From: Bugula neritina
Taxonomy: Eukaryota > Animalia > Bryozoa
DNA length: 64,000 nt
Reading direction: 5' to 3'
Assembly: GCA_964035545.1 (NCBI GenBank)
Contig: OZ037772.1
Coordinates: 3,873,538-3,937,537, forward strand
Both the position numbers and the translations under genes were made by a program. The notes beneath the pieces are model-generated. The model was not told where the DNA came from. It was given only the letters and a program-made list of their open reading frames with translations, and did not search any database. Positions 8,958-18,400 of this stretch are shown here, piece by piece. The number at the start of each line of letters is the position of its first letter. Positions within the stretch are counted from its first letter, which is position 1.

Positions 8958-10241
8958 ATGGATATTACACCCACTCACCTGAATGTTGAAGAAGAGTCCA
9001 GCACACACCCTGGTAAGTCCACTAGACTAGAATTACCTCCTATACCGGAGAATTGTCTAGGTGGTGATGACAGTAGAAACTCGAACTCTGATTCCCAGAG
9101 TAAGTTCGAGATGTGGAGAACTCACACTTGGAACTCTGAAGGGTCAGACTCAGAGTCACCCAACAAAGATTACCTACTTGACCAGGACATCCAGAGTGTC
9201 ACTCTACCCCCACCTCGGCAGCTCGCAGTATCGCGACGAGTGCTATACAAGGATATCACTAATAATGGAGTGAGTCAGCCATCACGAGTTGGAGATATCG
9301 GTCAGACTCGACCAGCTCAACTCTCTATTTCTGTTGTAGACACCGACAAAGTCGTAGAGCCTGCCTCTATGACTCTCACCTCATTCGGAAGATCCTCCGA
9401 AATCGCGGCACCCCAGGAGCAAGTAATGGAGGGAGATACAGAGACCCCTGCCACTGTCGTCGATATTGGACTAGATGAAGGGGAGGAACAGTGTATCCTG
9501 TCCCCATCCGGGACTACAGACCCCCCTCAAGGACTAGAGGGAGCTGGAGAGCTGGGACTACCACGTGTTTTCAGCACCCGGTCTCACTGGACCAGCACCA
9601 AGACGCGGATCCTGATAGCTGAGGCTTGTGGGGAGCCTAGCAACACGAAGTGCCCCACATGTGGGCGAAGCTTTACCTCGCACAGGCGACTACGGATACA
9701 CGTCCAACAACATTACGTCAACTCATTCTGTCCGTGTGGGGAGTTTAGCTTCCAGCGGGACTACGTGCTCAAGCAGCAACGTATCGGCCGCTGCCACACG
9801 GGCAGAATTTTTGATGTGGATGCGGACAATTATCTAGAGTTCAGGGACCTGATTCTCCCCCACATCAGCGATCCCAAGAAGAGGGAGCTGTTGTCCCAAG
9901 GGTTCCCGGCCTGTCGACCCACTAGTCAGACTCAACCGCCAGAGGACTCCCCAAGTTGTGAGTTGCCACCCACCCAGCCTCTCCGGGTAGTGGTAACTCG
10001 AGCCGAAGCTACTGCAGAAGGAGACCGCTGGACGCCACGAGAAACGGCCCGAACTAGAAGAGAACGGCGTCGGCAGGGCGCACCGAGGCCGCGTAGTATC
10101 ACTCCCTATACTACTAGGCACACACACCGTGGACCCCCGGAGAGTCTGGAGGATATATATCGTGGCCTGGACCGGATCTCTGAGGAACTAGGACGCATAC
10201 GACGCAGGCTGCAGGACCTTGAACAGCCCGCTCGACCCTAA
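8958..10241 (+). CDS. Accessory ORF3 of element 1: C2H2 zinc finger/Cys cluster/Arg-rich/coiled-coil protein; predicted exons 8958-9012 and 9340-10241 (318 aa); the unspliced frame is also open from 8670
   Basis: CPTCGRSFTSHRRLRIHVQQH, FCPCG...GRC, VDADNYLEF, RETARTRRERRRQ, LDRISEELGRIRRRLQDL; homologous to ORF3 of element 2; donor G|GTAAGT at 9013 and acceptor CTCTCTATTTCTGTTGTAG| at 9339, both phase 1. Confidence 0.8.
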   Translation: MDITPTHLNVEEESSTHPGKSTRLELPPIPENCLGGDDSRNSNSDSQSKFEMWRTHTWNSEGSDSESPNKDYLLDQDIQSVTLPPPRQLAVSRRVLYKDITNNGVSQPSRVGDIGQTRPAQLSISVVDTDKVVEPASMTLTSFGRSSEIAAPQEQVMEGDTETPATVVDIGLDEGEEQCILSPSGTTDPPQGLEGAGELGLPRVFSTRSHWTSTKTRILIAEACGEPSNTKCPTCGRSFTSHRRLRIHVQQHYVNSFCPCGEFSFQRDYVLKQQRIGRCHTGRIFDVDADNYLEFRDLILPHISDPKKRELLSQGFPACRPTSQTQPPEDSPSCELPPTQPLRVVVTRAEATAEGDRWTPRETARTRRERRRQGAPRPRSITPYTTRHTHRGPPESLEDIYRGLDRISEELGRIRRRLQDLEQPARP

Positions 10242-10427
10242 GGGTGACACTTTTCTTTATGTAAATATATATTCTTGTGTGTATTAATTCATTATCCCTT
10301 AACATTTTCTATCTTATATATTTTTGTTTGTGTGACTAGATTAGCCATTCCAGAACTCCCTTACATGTATTTTCTTTTATTATTATATTTTTTTTAATTA
10401 TATCAGAAAGGGGTTGTACTTTCTGAT

Positions 10428-10436
10428 GGAGGGGAG
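10428..10436 (+). promoter_or_regulatory. Polypurine tract of element 1
   Basis: GGAGGGGAG, 2 nt before the 3' LTR. Confidence 0.8.
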
Positions 10437-10438
10437 TG

Positions 10439-11155
10439 TGTGGTAAAATTGTGTATAGTAACTAATACTTGTATCCCCCTTACTATTATTATCTTCATTC
10501 CCATGGAATGCGTGTTTTCTTAGATATACATCATTACATAGCCATAGTATTGTAACAGCTAAGTGTTATGTTGGCAATGATAGGATTAGCTATTATTCCC
10601 AGCTACTTATTACTACCGACGTGACTGGATTAGCTATTGTTTCTGACGGCTCACAGGAACACTTATATAATCAAGATAACCGGGATTTCCCTGCGAAGTT
10701 CGCTCGATTCGAGCGATTCTTTTATTCTAGCCCTGCGAATCCCCTGCGATTCGAGCGAATTCCCTCGAATTCGCTCGGAACATTCTGGTGGGAATGTTTC
10801 CCAATGTATAAAAGGGAGCCCTCAACACAGTAGAGTCAGTCTTCAGCCAGCAGCACAACAGGACACATCTCGGAGCTACCAAGCCAGGACAATAACACAC
10901 TTAGTTAATTATCTTATACTTTGTTTACCAGTTTACTAGTAAGTTTTCCATACATGTAAGGAGTTGTCCTCCCTAACTGCTATTTTTGGATTTATATATA
11001 TTATGGAGTAAATAAAGGGGATTGTGAGTATTACATTTCTTATTTATTGTGCATAAATACCCTCTTACAAAGAGTCACTGTGTTCCATCAGCTAACAACC
11101 CACACCAATAATTGCATGCAGCGAATCATAACATTCTACGCATAAAATTATTACA
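10439..11155 (+). repeat. 3' LTR of element 1
   Basis: Direct repeat of 2515-3231, followed by TSD ATAT. Confidence 0.97.
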
Positions 11156-12022
11156 ATATAATTTATAACTTGTAGTTTATAGGTTGTTGTTTTTATATTC
11201 ATGTAACCAGTATTAGTATGAGATTGAGCATCTCAACTTTACGATTTAAATATTTTCTTAGAGAGAAGATTTGCCGTGCTCTACAGTTTTCATTACCTGT
11301 ATAAACAATAACGCTTGAGTTAAACTTCTAGTTTTAAACTAAATAGCTTAAACAAATTGATAGGTGATGTTAATCGTGTAGCTTAGTGATTTATGGATAA
11401 TTATAGATAATAAATATGGTTAAATAGAAAGCTACCAAGCCAGCTATTTGCTTTTTGATTTAATACTAAAATTAGTGATAAGTTTTTACGCAATTTTTAA
11501 ATGCAGCAAGCTGCTAACAAATTATACGCAGCCAATTTACTTTATTCATTTTTCATTTATTAGAGTATCAGAATAAGCATATTGCTTTTTTAAATAGAAC
11601 ACTGGTATTATTCTTAGCTTTCATTTATAATATAATTTATAACTTGTTGTTTTACTTTTTATATTCATGTAACCAGTATCAGCATCTTAACTTTACAGTT
11701 TAATTTTGTGTTGACAGTTTCTAGCCATTTCACTTGTGAAAATAACGTATATAAAATGCCGATGTATGTTTACTATGCTAATGCACATGCAACTAATCTT
11801 GACCTTTGCGTATGAACCTAAAAGAAAGTTAGATAGACCGAGAACCATCCGCCAGTAAAACAAAAGCAGGAAAATAACGCGGGAAATAAAATCGCCTAGA
11901 AAATCGGCTGATTTTTCAGTCAGCAATAGCGAAATCGACAAGCACAAAATCGGCTGAAAAAATCGACCTGTGTACATGTAGCTTAAGGGTCCTCAGTCGC
12001 AAAAACCAAAAGATAGCTTTTC

Positions 12023-12645
12023 CAGAGGTGTGGACATATTCAAAAGTTTCAAATTTGGGGAAGGAGAATCTATAGAGGTTCACAAGGATGTCTTAGAAAA
12101 ATTTGACAACTTTTGTAAAAAGACCTCCAACAAAATAATCAAGAGACATCAACTGCTATCAATAGATGAGTATGTCACCAACTTACATTGTTTATGAGCT
12201 TGATAGAGATAAAACTTCACTCAATACCAAAGACATATTTTCAAATATTGTTTTTTTTGTGTTTGCAGGTAAAAGACCATTTCTATGTGATGTCTGTGGC
12301 AAGGCTTTCAAGCGCAGAAAAATCTGATAAAGAGGATAAAACAAAAATGGCCATTCTAATGCGGACCATTAGACCCAGAGGTGTAGACATATTCAAAAGT
12401 TTCAAATTTGGGGAAGGAGAATCTAAAGATGTTTACAAGGATGTCCTATATATAGGAAAATTTGACAACTTTTGGAAAAAGACCTCCAACAAAATAATCA
12501 AAACACATCAACTGCTATCGACAAAACAAGAATGCTTATCAATAGATGAGTATGTCACCAACAGCTTACATGGGATCGCCAGAAAATGTGACCTTGGTGA
12601 CATGTATGATGTCTTTTTTATGCAGGCCTTTCTTCTTGGCATATA
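12023..12645 (+). pseudogene. Two partial tandem copies of a degenerate retrotransposon gag (copies of 14638-15400)
   Basis: VDIFKSFKFGEGES...KFDNF...IDEYVT segments at about 12023-12187 and 12316-12645 are near-identical to about 14720-15045. Confidence 0.7.
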
Positions 12646-12653
12646 TAATTTTG

Positions 12654-12955
12654 TATGCTCACATGGAGCTATAGAAGGAAATGTCAGCTAGAAGAGGAAG
12701 GAAATGGAGGTCAAGGCCAGCAACCCAATATCAAGGTCAACTGGAAGAAAGTAGTTTTAGGTCATGACTTGTCATTCTCAATTATGGCGGCTAGTTTGAG
12801 CACACTTTTGGACTAGAAGAGGAAGGAGACAAGGAGACCACAGAACTCTCTGGGGAGGGAGGTAAAACACGCTTCAGCTACAAAGCAAGAGTTGAAAAGA
12901 GAAATAATTGGAAAAAGTTGAAATTTTACTCCATTTGATCCAAAATTAACAGATA
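12654..12955. repeat. ~300 bp dispersed direct repeat, second copy at about 23909-24210
   Basis: TATGCTCACATGGA(G/A)CTATAGAAGGAAATGTCAGCTAGAAGAGGAAGG... shared with high identity. Confidence 0.85.
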
Positions 12956-13169
12956 TCAATAAGAGTTGCAATCACATGTTCTCCTGTAGTTTTCAGAACA
13001 AAAGGATGCTTTTGTTGAGCAGAGTCTTGAGCTTGGTGACTTGACAAAATTGCTTTGATCTTAGATAAGTCACAAAAGCATTTATTTGTAGTTAATCTGA
13101 ATACTAATATAAGACAGTTATAAACTAGATCTTAGTTTTAGGTCATATATAGTATGAAATTTTACAGAC

Positions 13170-14306
13170 ATGAAGAAACAACTAAAGGAGGTGCTGGATG
13201 GGCAGAAAAAACTGATGGCTATAATCACTGATAGCCATAGTGGCAAAGACAATATAACTGAGCAGCTGGAGGAGCCGCTAAAAACAATACAAGAGTTTGA
13301 ATCTCTTGAAGAACTTCTCCAATCCTCAAGAGAAAAACGTTCTGCTCTGGTACATAGTATGCTACTATATAATATAGATTGTAAAGCTAGTTTAAAAACT
13401 TTTGGTGTATAACATGCAATATATAACATCCTGGCGTAGTTGATATTAGAATACAATTTCTAGTGAACTGTAGATTTTCAAGCTATAAAGTGTGTTTCTC
13501 TTATGGAATGTTTCTCATTAAAGTGTTAGAAAAAATATTTGCCCCACTGCAATAACACATTGAATGTATTCATGTAAATTCATGCTATGAAATATAGGTG
13601 CATTAATGTTGTAGACAAAGTTTCTTTTCCAACTGGGAGGAAAAAACTGCGCAGATATGGTGAAAAGAGCCATGAGAAGAATTGGCACCAATGGGCTGTG
13701 GAGCCAATTCAGTATGAAGGGCAAAGCCCATAAACAACATAAAAAGCTGTCTCTAAAAATATATTGAAATAAAATCTGTATCAAAACTTATCAAATCTCT
13801 GGGGCTGCATCAGCAGTTAAAATAGTTGTTGAGTTGTTGAGTTTAGAATAATTGCTCATCTAAAAATTTACTGCATTCACTAAGTTTTACTTTCTAATTA
13901 TATTTCAGAAGCTCTGCTGAAAAGTAAAAATAATAAAGAAATAGATATAGAGATTGAAGTATCGCTATTTTTGCGGCAGTGCCCTTATCAACTGGGAGGG
14001 GATAAGTATAAAAAGACAAGTTTGCAAGATGAGGTTTTTGTTCTGTTGTTTTTCATTTTTCTTAACAAAATAAAGTAGCCATTACAGAGATCGGTGTAGG
14101 ATCGCAAACCTTTCACCAACGTTATATGAAAACCATCTACACAACGTTATGCAACACAACGTTTATGGAACGTTGGTGAAACTTTTTGAGATAAACGTTT
14201 GTTTTAAACGTTGTATACAGTACAAAAATGTGTCGACATTTAAACGTTTATTAAACATTTTGCCCAACGTTTATACAACGTCATATCAATGTAAATTGTT
14301 AGTGGG
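13170..14306 (+). mobile_element. Right part of a probable CACTA/EnSpm-type DNA transposon with a spliced DUF4806-like accessory gene remnant
   Basis: Exon-like pieces PLKTIQEFESLEELL...KRSAL and FQLGGKNCADMVKRAMRRIGTNGLWSQFSMKG resemble DUF4806 proteins; dense AACGTT subterminal repeats 14118-14280; terminus TGTTAGTGGG. Confidence 0.5.
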
Positions 14307-14309
14307 GTG

Positions 14310-14500
14310 ATTGCTAAAGAACTATGGGGATATTTTGATGGCTCTATAACTGAACCTGAAAAATCAGCTAGTGCTATACTAGACTGACTATACAAAGATA
14401 TTAAGCAAGGCTATGTCAATTATTGTACTCGCGATAATTTGCTATACCTCATAACCAGCTGCACAGAACCAAAGCAAGCATGGGGCACTTTACAAAAACA
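14310..14500 (+). pseudogene. Ty1/Copia gag N-terminal fragment
   Basis: Manual translation IAKELWGYFDGSITEP...KAMSIIVLAI...LYLITSCTEPKQAWGTLQKH, with frameshifts and a stop, is typical of Copia Gag. Confidence 0.6.
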
Positions 14501-14637
14501 CAGAACCAGAAAGCAAGTCAGAAAACTGACAGTGCCTTCCTCCTATCAAAAAGGGAGACAACCAACTACTAACCAAAAAAATACTTAAACGGACACTGGA
14601 TCTAAATTTGTCAAAATAAAAAATAGTTGTTGTAAAC

Positions 14638-15400
14638 ATGGCAACTGCACAAGATGGTGCAGAGTTGTCCACCCAATGGTCCTGCTTCAAGGAAGAGTTC
14701 AACTATTATCTGATAGCCTCAGAAAAATCTGATAAAGAGGATAAAATAAAAATGGCCGTTCTAATGCGGACCATTAGACCGAGAAGTGTGGACATATTCA
14801 AAAGTTTCAAGTTTGGGGAAGGAGAATCTAAAGAGGTTTACAAGGATGTCCTATATATAGAAAAATTTGACAACTTTTGTAAAAAGACCTCCAACAAAAT
14901 AATTAAAAGACATCAACTGCTATCGACAAAACAGGAATACTTATTAATAGATGAGTATGTCACCAACTTACATAGGATTGCCAGAAAATGTGACCTTGGT
15001 GACATGTATGATGATTTTTTTATGCAGGCCTTTCTTCTTGGCATCAACGACACAAACAACTTTAGAAAAAATTGTTTGAGGAGTCAGAAAAGATAGACCT
15101 CAAAAAAGCAATTAAAAAGTGCAAAGTGGCTGAGAGCTCTCAGAGTAATATGAAGACTATTAAAGCGGAAGGAGAATCAATTCATACACTTGGTCTCAAG
15201 GCCACTAAAGCAAACAAAAGTGCCAAACTGTACTTACGCACAACTGACAAGGAAGCGAATAATCCTGCCAAGTCTAACTGTGGAAACTGTGGAAACTGTG
15301 GCAACTCTCATCCTCCTGAAAATGCTTACGGTAAACAGTGTAGTAACTGCAAGAAATTCAACCACTTCAGAGCAGTCTGCAAAAGAAGGAAGATGCATGT
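14638..15400 (+). pseudogene. Frameshifted Gypsy-type gag with zinc knuckle (unrelated to elements 1 and 2)
   Basis: ORFs 14638-15096 and 15072-15440 join by a frameshift; QWSCFKEEFNYYLIA...IDEYVTNLHRIARKC and CSNCKKFNHFRAVC; no pol follows. Confidence 0.75.
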
Positions 15401-18400
15401 AAATACAATTTTATATCTGAGTGTTATTCCGTGCATTTAATCCAAAAATGTTGATAAGAAAAACTGAAGGCTACTGGGTGTGTGTTACAAAAATGTTATA
15501 TAAAGCCTGAGATCATGCTTTAAAACACTTTAAATATTGCATAATATATATTAAATCAAATAAGTACAATATCAAAATATATATCGATACTATAATTTAT
15601 TATATGTATAAATATACATGAAGTGCTAGCATAATGTAGCTAATATTTTATATTATGATAAGCCAAAAGTGATCATTATAATTTTAAACAATGTATATGT
15701 TCGCAGTCTAAATACAATAAATAGATAGCTGTTGTCCATATTTTTAATGCAAGCTGATTAAAAACTGCCAGTGCAGAGTGTGACAGCCAATACTGGTTGC
15801 TGTATCAGCTGATAATTGTTGCTCTCGTCAGCACGGGTGCTGTTTGGCACGGATGCCTATGTATTATGATTCACTTAACAAAGGCTGAATGGATTGAGGA
15901 CACAGATGCAGGCCACAACTCTATTTTTTGTTTATTGCCAACAGTATATTTTCTAAGTTAGACTTAGACTCGAACTCATACTGATACTCATACTGTAACC
16001 TATAACCATGAAAATTACAAACTTCATGTTAACTCAACATTAATTACACAGCTGACAAAACATTTAGTTAATGAAGTTCAAAGCAAAAGATAATATAATA
16101 CTTGATACTCGCGATTAAGTATAGATTGCCTGCATCTTTAGCAGGAGGAAAATTGAGCTACACTGACTCATTGAATAAAAACAGCCAGCAAATAGCTTTC
16201 ATTTCACAATGGTTTTTGGAAAGCTGCCAAAACTCCTGCAACACGGAGATCTATATATGGCCTTCAAAGCTATTAAAATATATTTCATAGAGTTCCAGTC
16301 ACCAATAAAACAAAGTTTGAGTATAGTAGGCAATATAATTACTGAACAGATATACTTTAAATATATATTAACGTAGGAGGTCTAACATTATTCTTAAAAA
16401 CAAAGTAACAAAAGTAACAAGCTAAAGTTGCTTTCGAAACAAAATAATGATTTACAGGTATACATTATTAAGTTAAAATGTTTGGTATTAGATTACATCA
16501 TATAGTTTTTTTGTAAGCATTATGCATGATTGTCTCCCAATCAACAAGAAGTCATAGTATGCAGTTTGATGATTTTAATTATTTAAAAAAGATAATTGTA
16601 TTTTTAGTAAACTGTTACACGAAACAAAATTGCACATTTCCTCATAAATTTAACTACAGTTAAAACAACATTATTATTTTTTGGTAAGACTGGAAAAAAT
16701 TAAAATAATACTCAACCTAAGAAGATACATACCTTTTGCTGTCTCCAACTTGCTGCTCAACTTTTCAGGCATTTTTGCTAAGAATTTAGTTATATAGTGT
16801 TTAAAAGTACTATGGTTTCCCAGCAAGCTTTACCTTGCTGAAATGTAACTTTCCAGGGTCAGAATAGCAGGTTTGACAAAATTTCTTATTTATATACTGC
16901 TATAATAGTAACAAAGAAAATTATCTGTTCCTACAATTACTTCTACTAAGGTCTAGAGGGAGAGTGCATCCCTATAATTATGCAAAAGATAATAGACCCC
17001 CTGTAGTTCTGGGCCAAGTTTCTTTTCATCTTCATAATAATCAGGAAGCTTAAGTAAGCTTAAAACTTTTTAATTTACTAAAAATAGCTGCCAAGAGTTG
17101 TACTTTAGTTTGAACCTTATAAAAAAATCCTGGAATTAGCCAACTTCAAAAGCACTGTCATAATTATAAATTTTTTTGAAGAAGTTTACCCTCAAATACT
17201 GTATAATAAAGAAAAATCTTCAAGCTTTCTTGGTTTTGTGTTATCTCAGTACATGCAGAGTTTATAGTCTCTATGAGAGAGCTTTTTCAACTGACTGAGC
17301 ATATAATAGCTAAAAATTTTGTCCGCTGTCATGAACTTTATGATAGTAAAGGAGATGTTAAGAAATGCTTGCAGCTTACATTTGCTACTAAATATTAGAC
17401 CCTGTAGCATATACGATACACCAAGTTTCATTCACAATAAATCTAATGGGAATCAAGAGATAATAAATTCAAACTTATTAACACATAATTATTATTGAAA
17501 ACTATCTATACATATCTTACTCTTTTTTTGTGTAGGTATAGTCAAATTATATGACTAGCAAGAAATTCAGATTTTGATATTCACCCATTGCGTGAACAAT
17601 ATTTTTTCTAACTGAATTATTTTACTTGAAAAATTTCCAAAACAGGGAAACCAATTCAGCAACTAGTTCTAAAGTTTGAAAAAGGCATGTAGCACCAGTG
17701 CTACACTGGTCGTCTGTCTCTAAGAGTAACAATTCAGTTTAATTCAGGCAACTCCCCTCCATATAAACTCCAAACAATATATTCTACTTAAACTGCTATA
17801 TTTAAAAACATTAGAAAATGAAGATCATACTTTTTATAAATAGTATGTATAGTAACTTTCATAAAAAAAGCAAGCGCTTTGCTGGGAATATTTTGTTGCA
17901 TGCAGTTAATAGAAACTGGGGGGAACCCTGAGTATGTCTCGTGTAAACACAGTTGGAGCAAATACACCAGTTAACTGTAAAATGGCTAAATATTTGCAGC
18001 TATAATAACACCTCTAAACAAATCAACTAAAAAGTAGACATGAATGTGGACATTGTACCTATTTGGTTATAATTAGTATAATAGCTAAGCTGTGAATTTG
18101 CTCTTATCCTTACTAATTGACAGACAAAGTAAGAATTTAAAAGTAAGAATTTAAAGAATAAAATCTTTTAATAACCTCATACCCCAATACATTAGGCCAG
18201 GAACTACGACAAATTAAAACAAATGATGGGTGTCTTTAATTTGCCTATAACTTTTTTGCGGCTACTTACATTTTTCTTTCATATATTGAAGAAAACACAA
18301 CCATTTAGTTTAGAATTAGCAAAGGCTAGCAACTGTAAGACATGTAGTATTAATTAAGTAGCTAACCTATTACACAGGAAACTTGACAAATAAAATTTTC

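Larger units (their letters stand above)
2515..11155 (+). mobile_element. Full-length Ty3/Gypsy LTR retrotransposon (element 1)
   Basis: Two 717-bp TG...CA LTRs, 4-bp TSD ATAT (2511-2514, 11156-11159), PBS, PPT, gag, pol in PR-RT-RH-IN order, extra ORF3. Confidence 0.98.
2060..11983. mobile_element. Non-autonomous PIF/Harbinger-like DNA transposon (~1.28 kb) interrupted by Gypsy element 1
   Basis: TIR AGCTACATGTACACAGG(C/T)CGATTTTT at 2060 and, inverted, ending at 11983; 3-bp TSD TAA (2057-2059, 11984-11986); subterminal AAAATCG repeats; no transposase ORF. Confidence 0.8.

Noticed and set aside
8733-10241. ORF3 as an env gene
   Set aside because: No signal peptide, fusion peptide or transmembrane anchor; it has zinc-finger and basic nuclear-type motifs instead.
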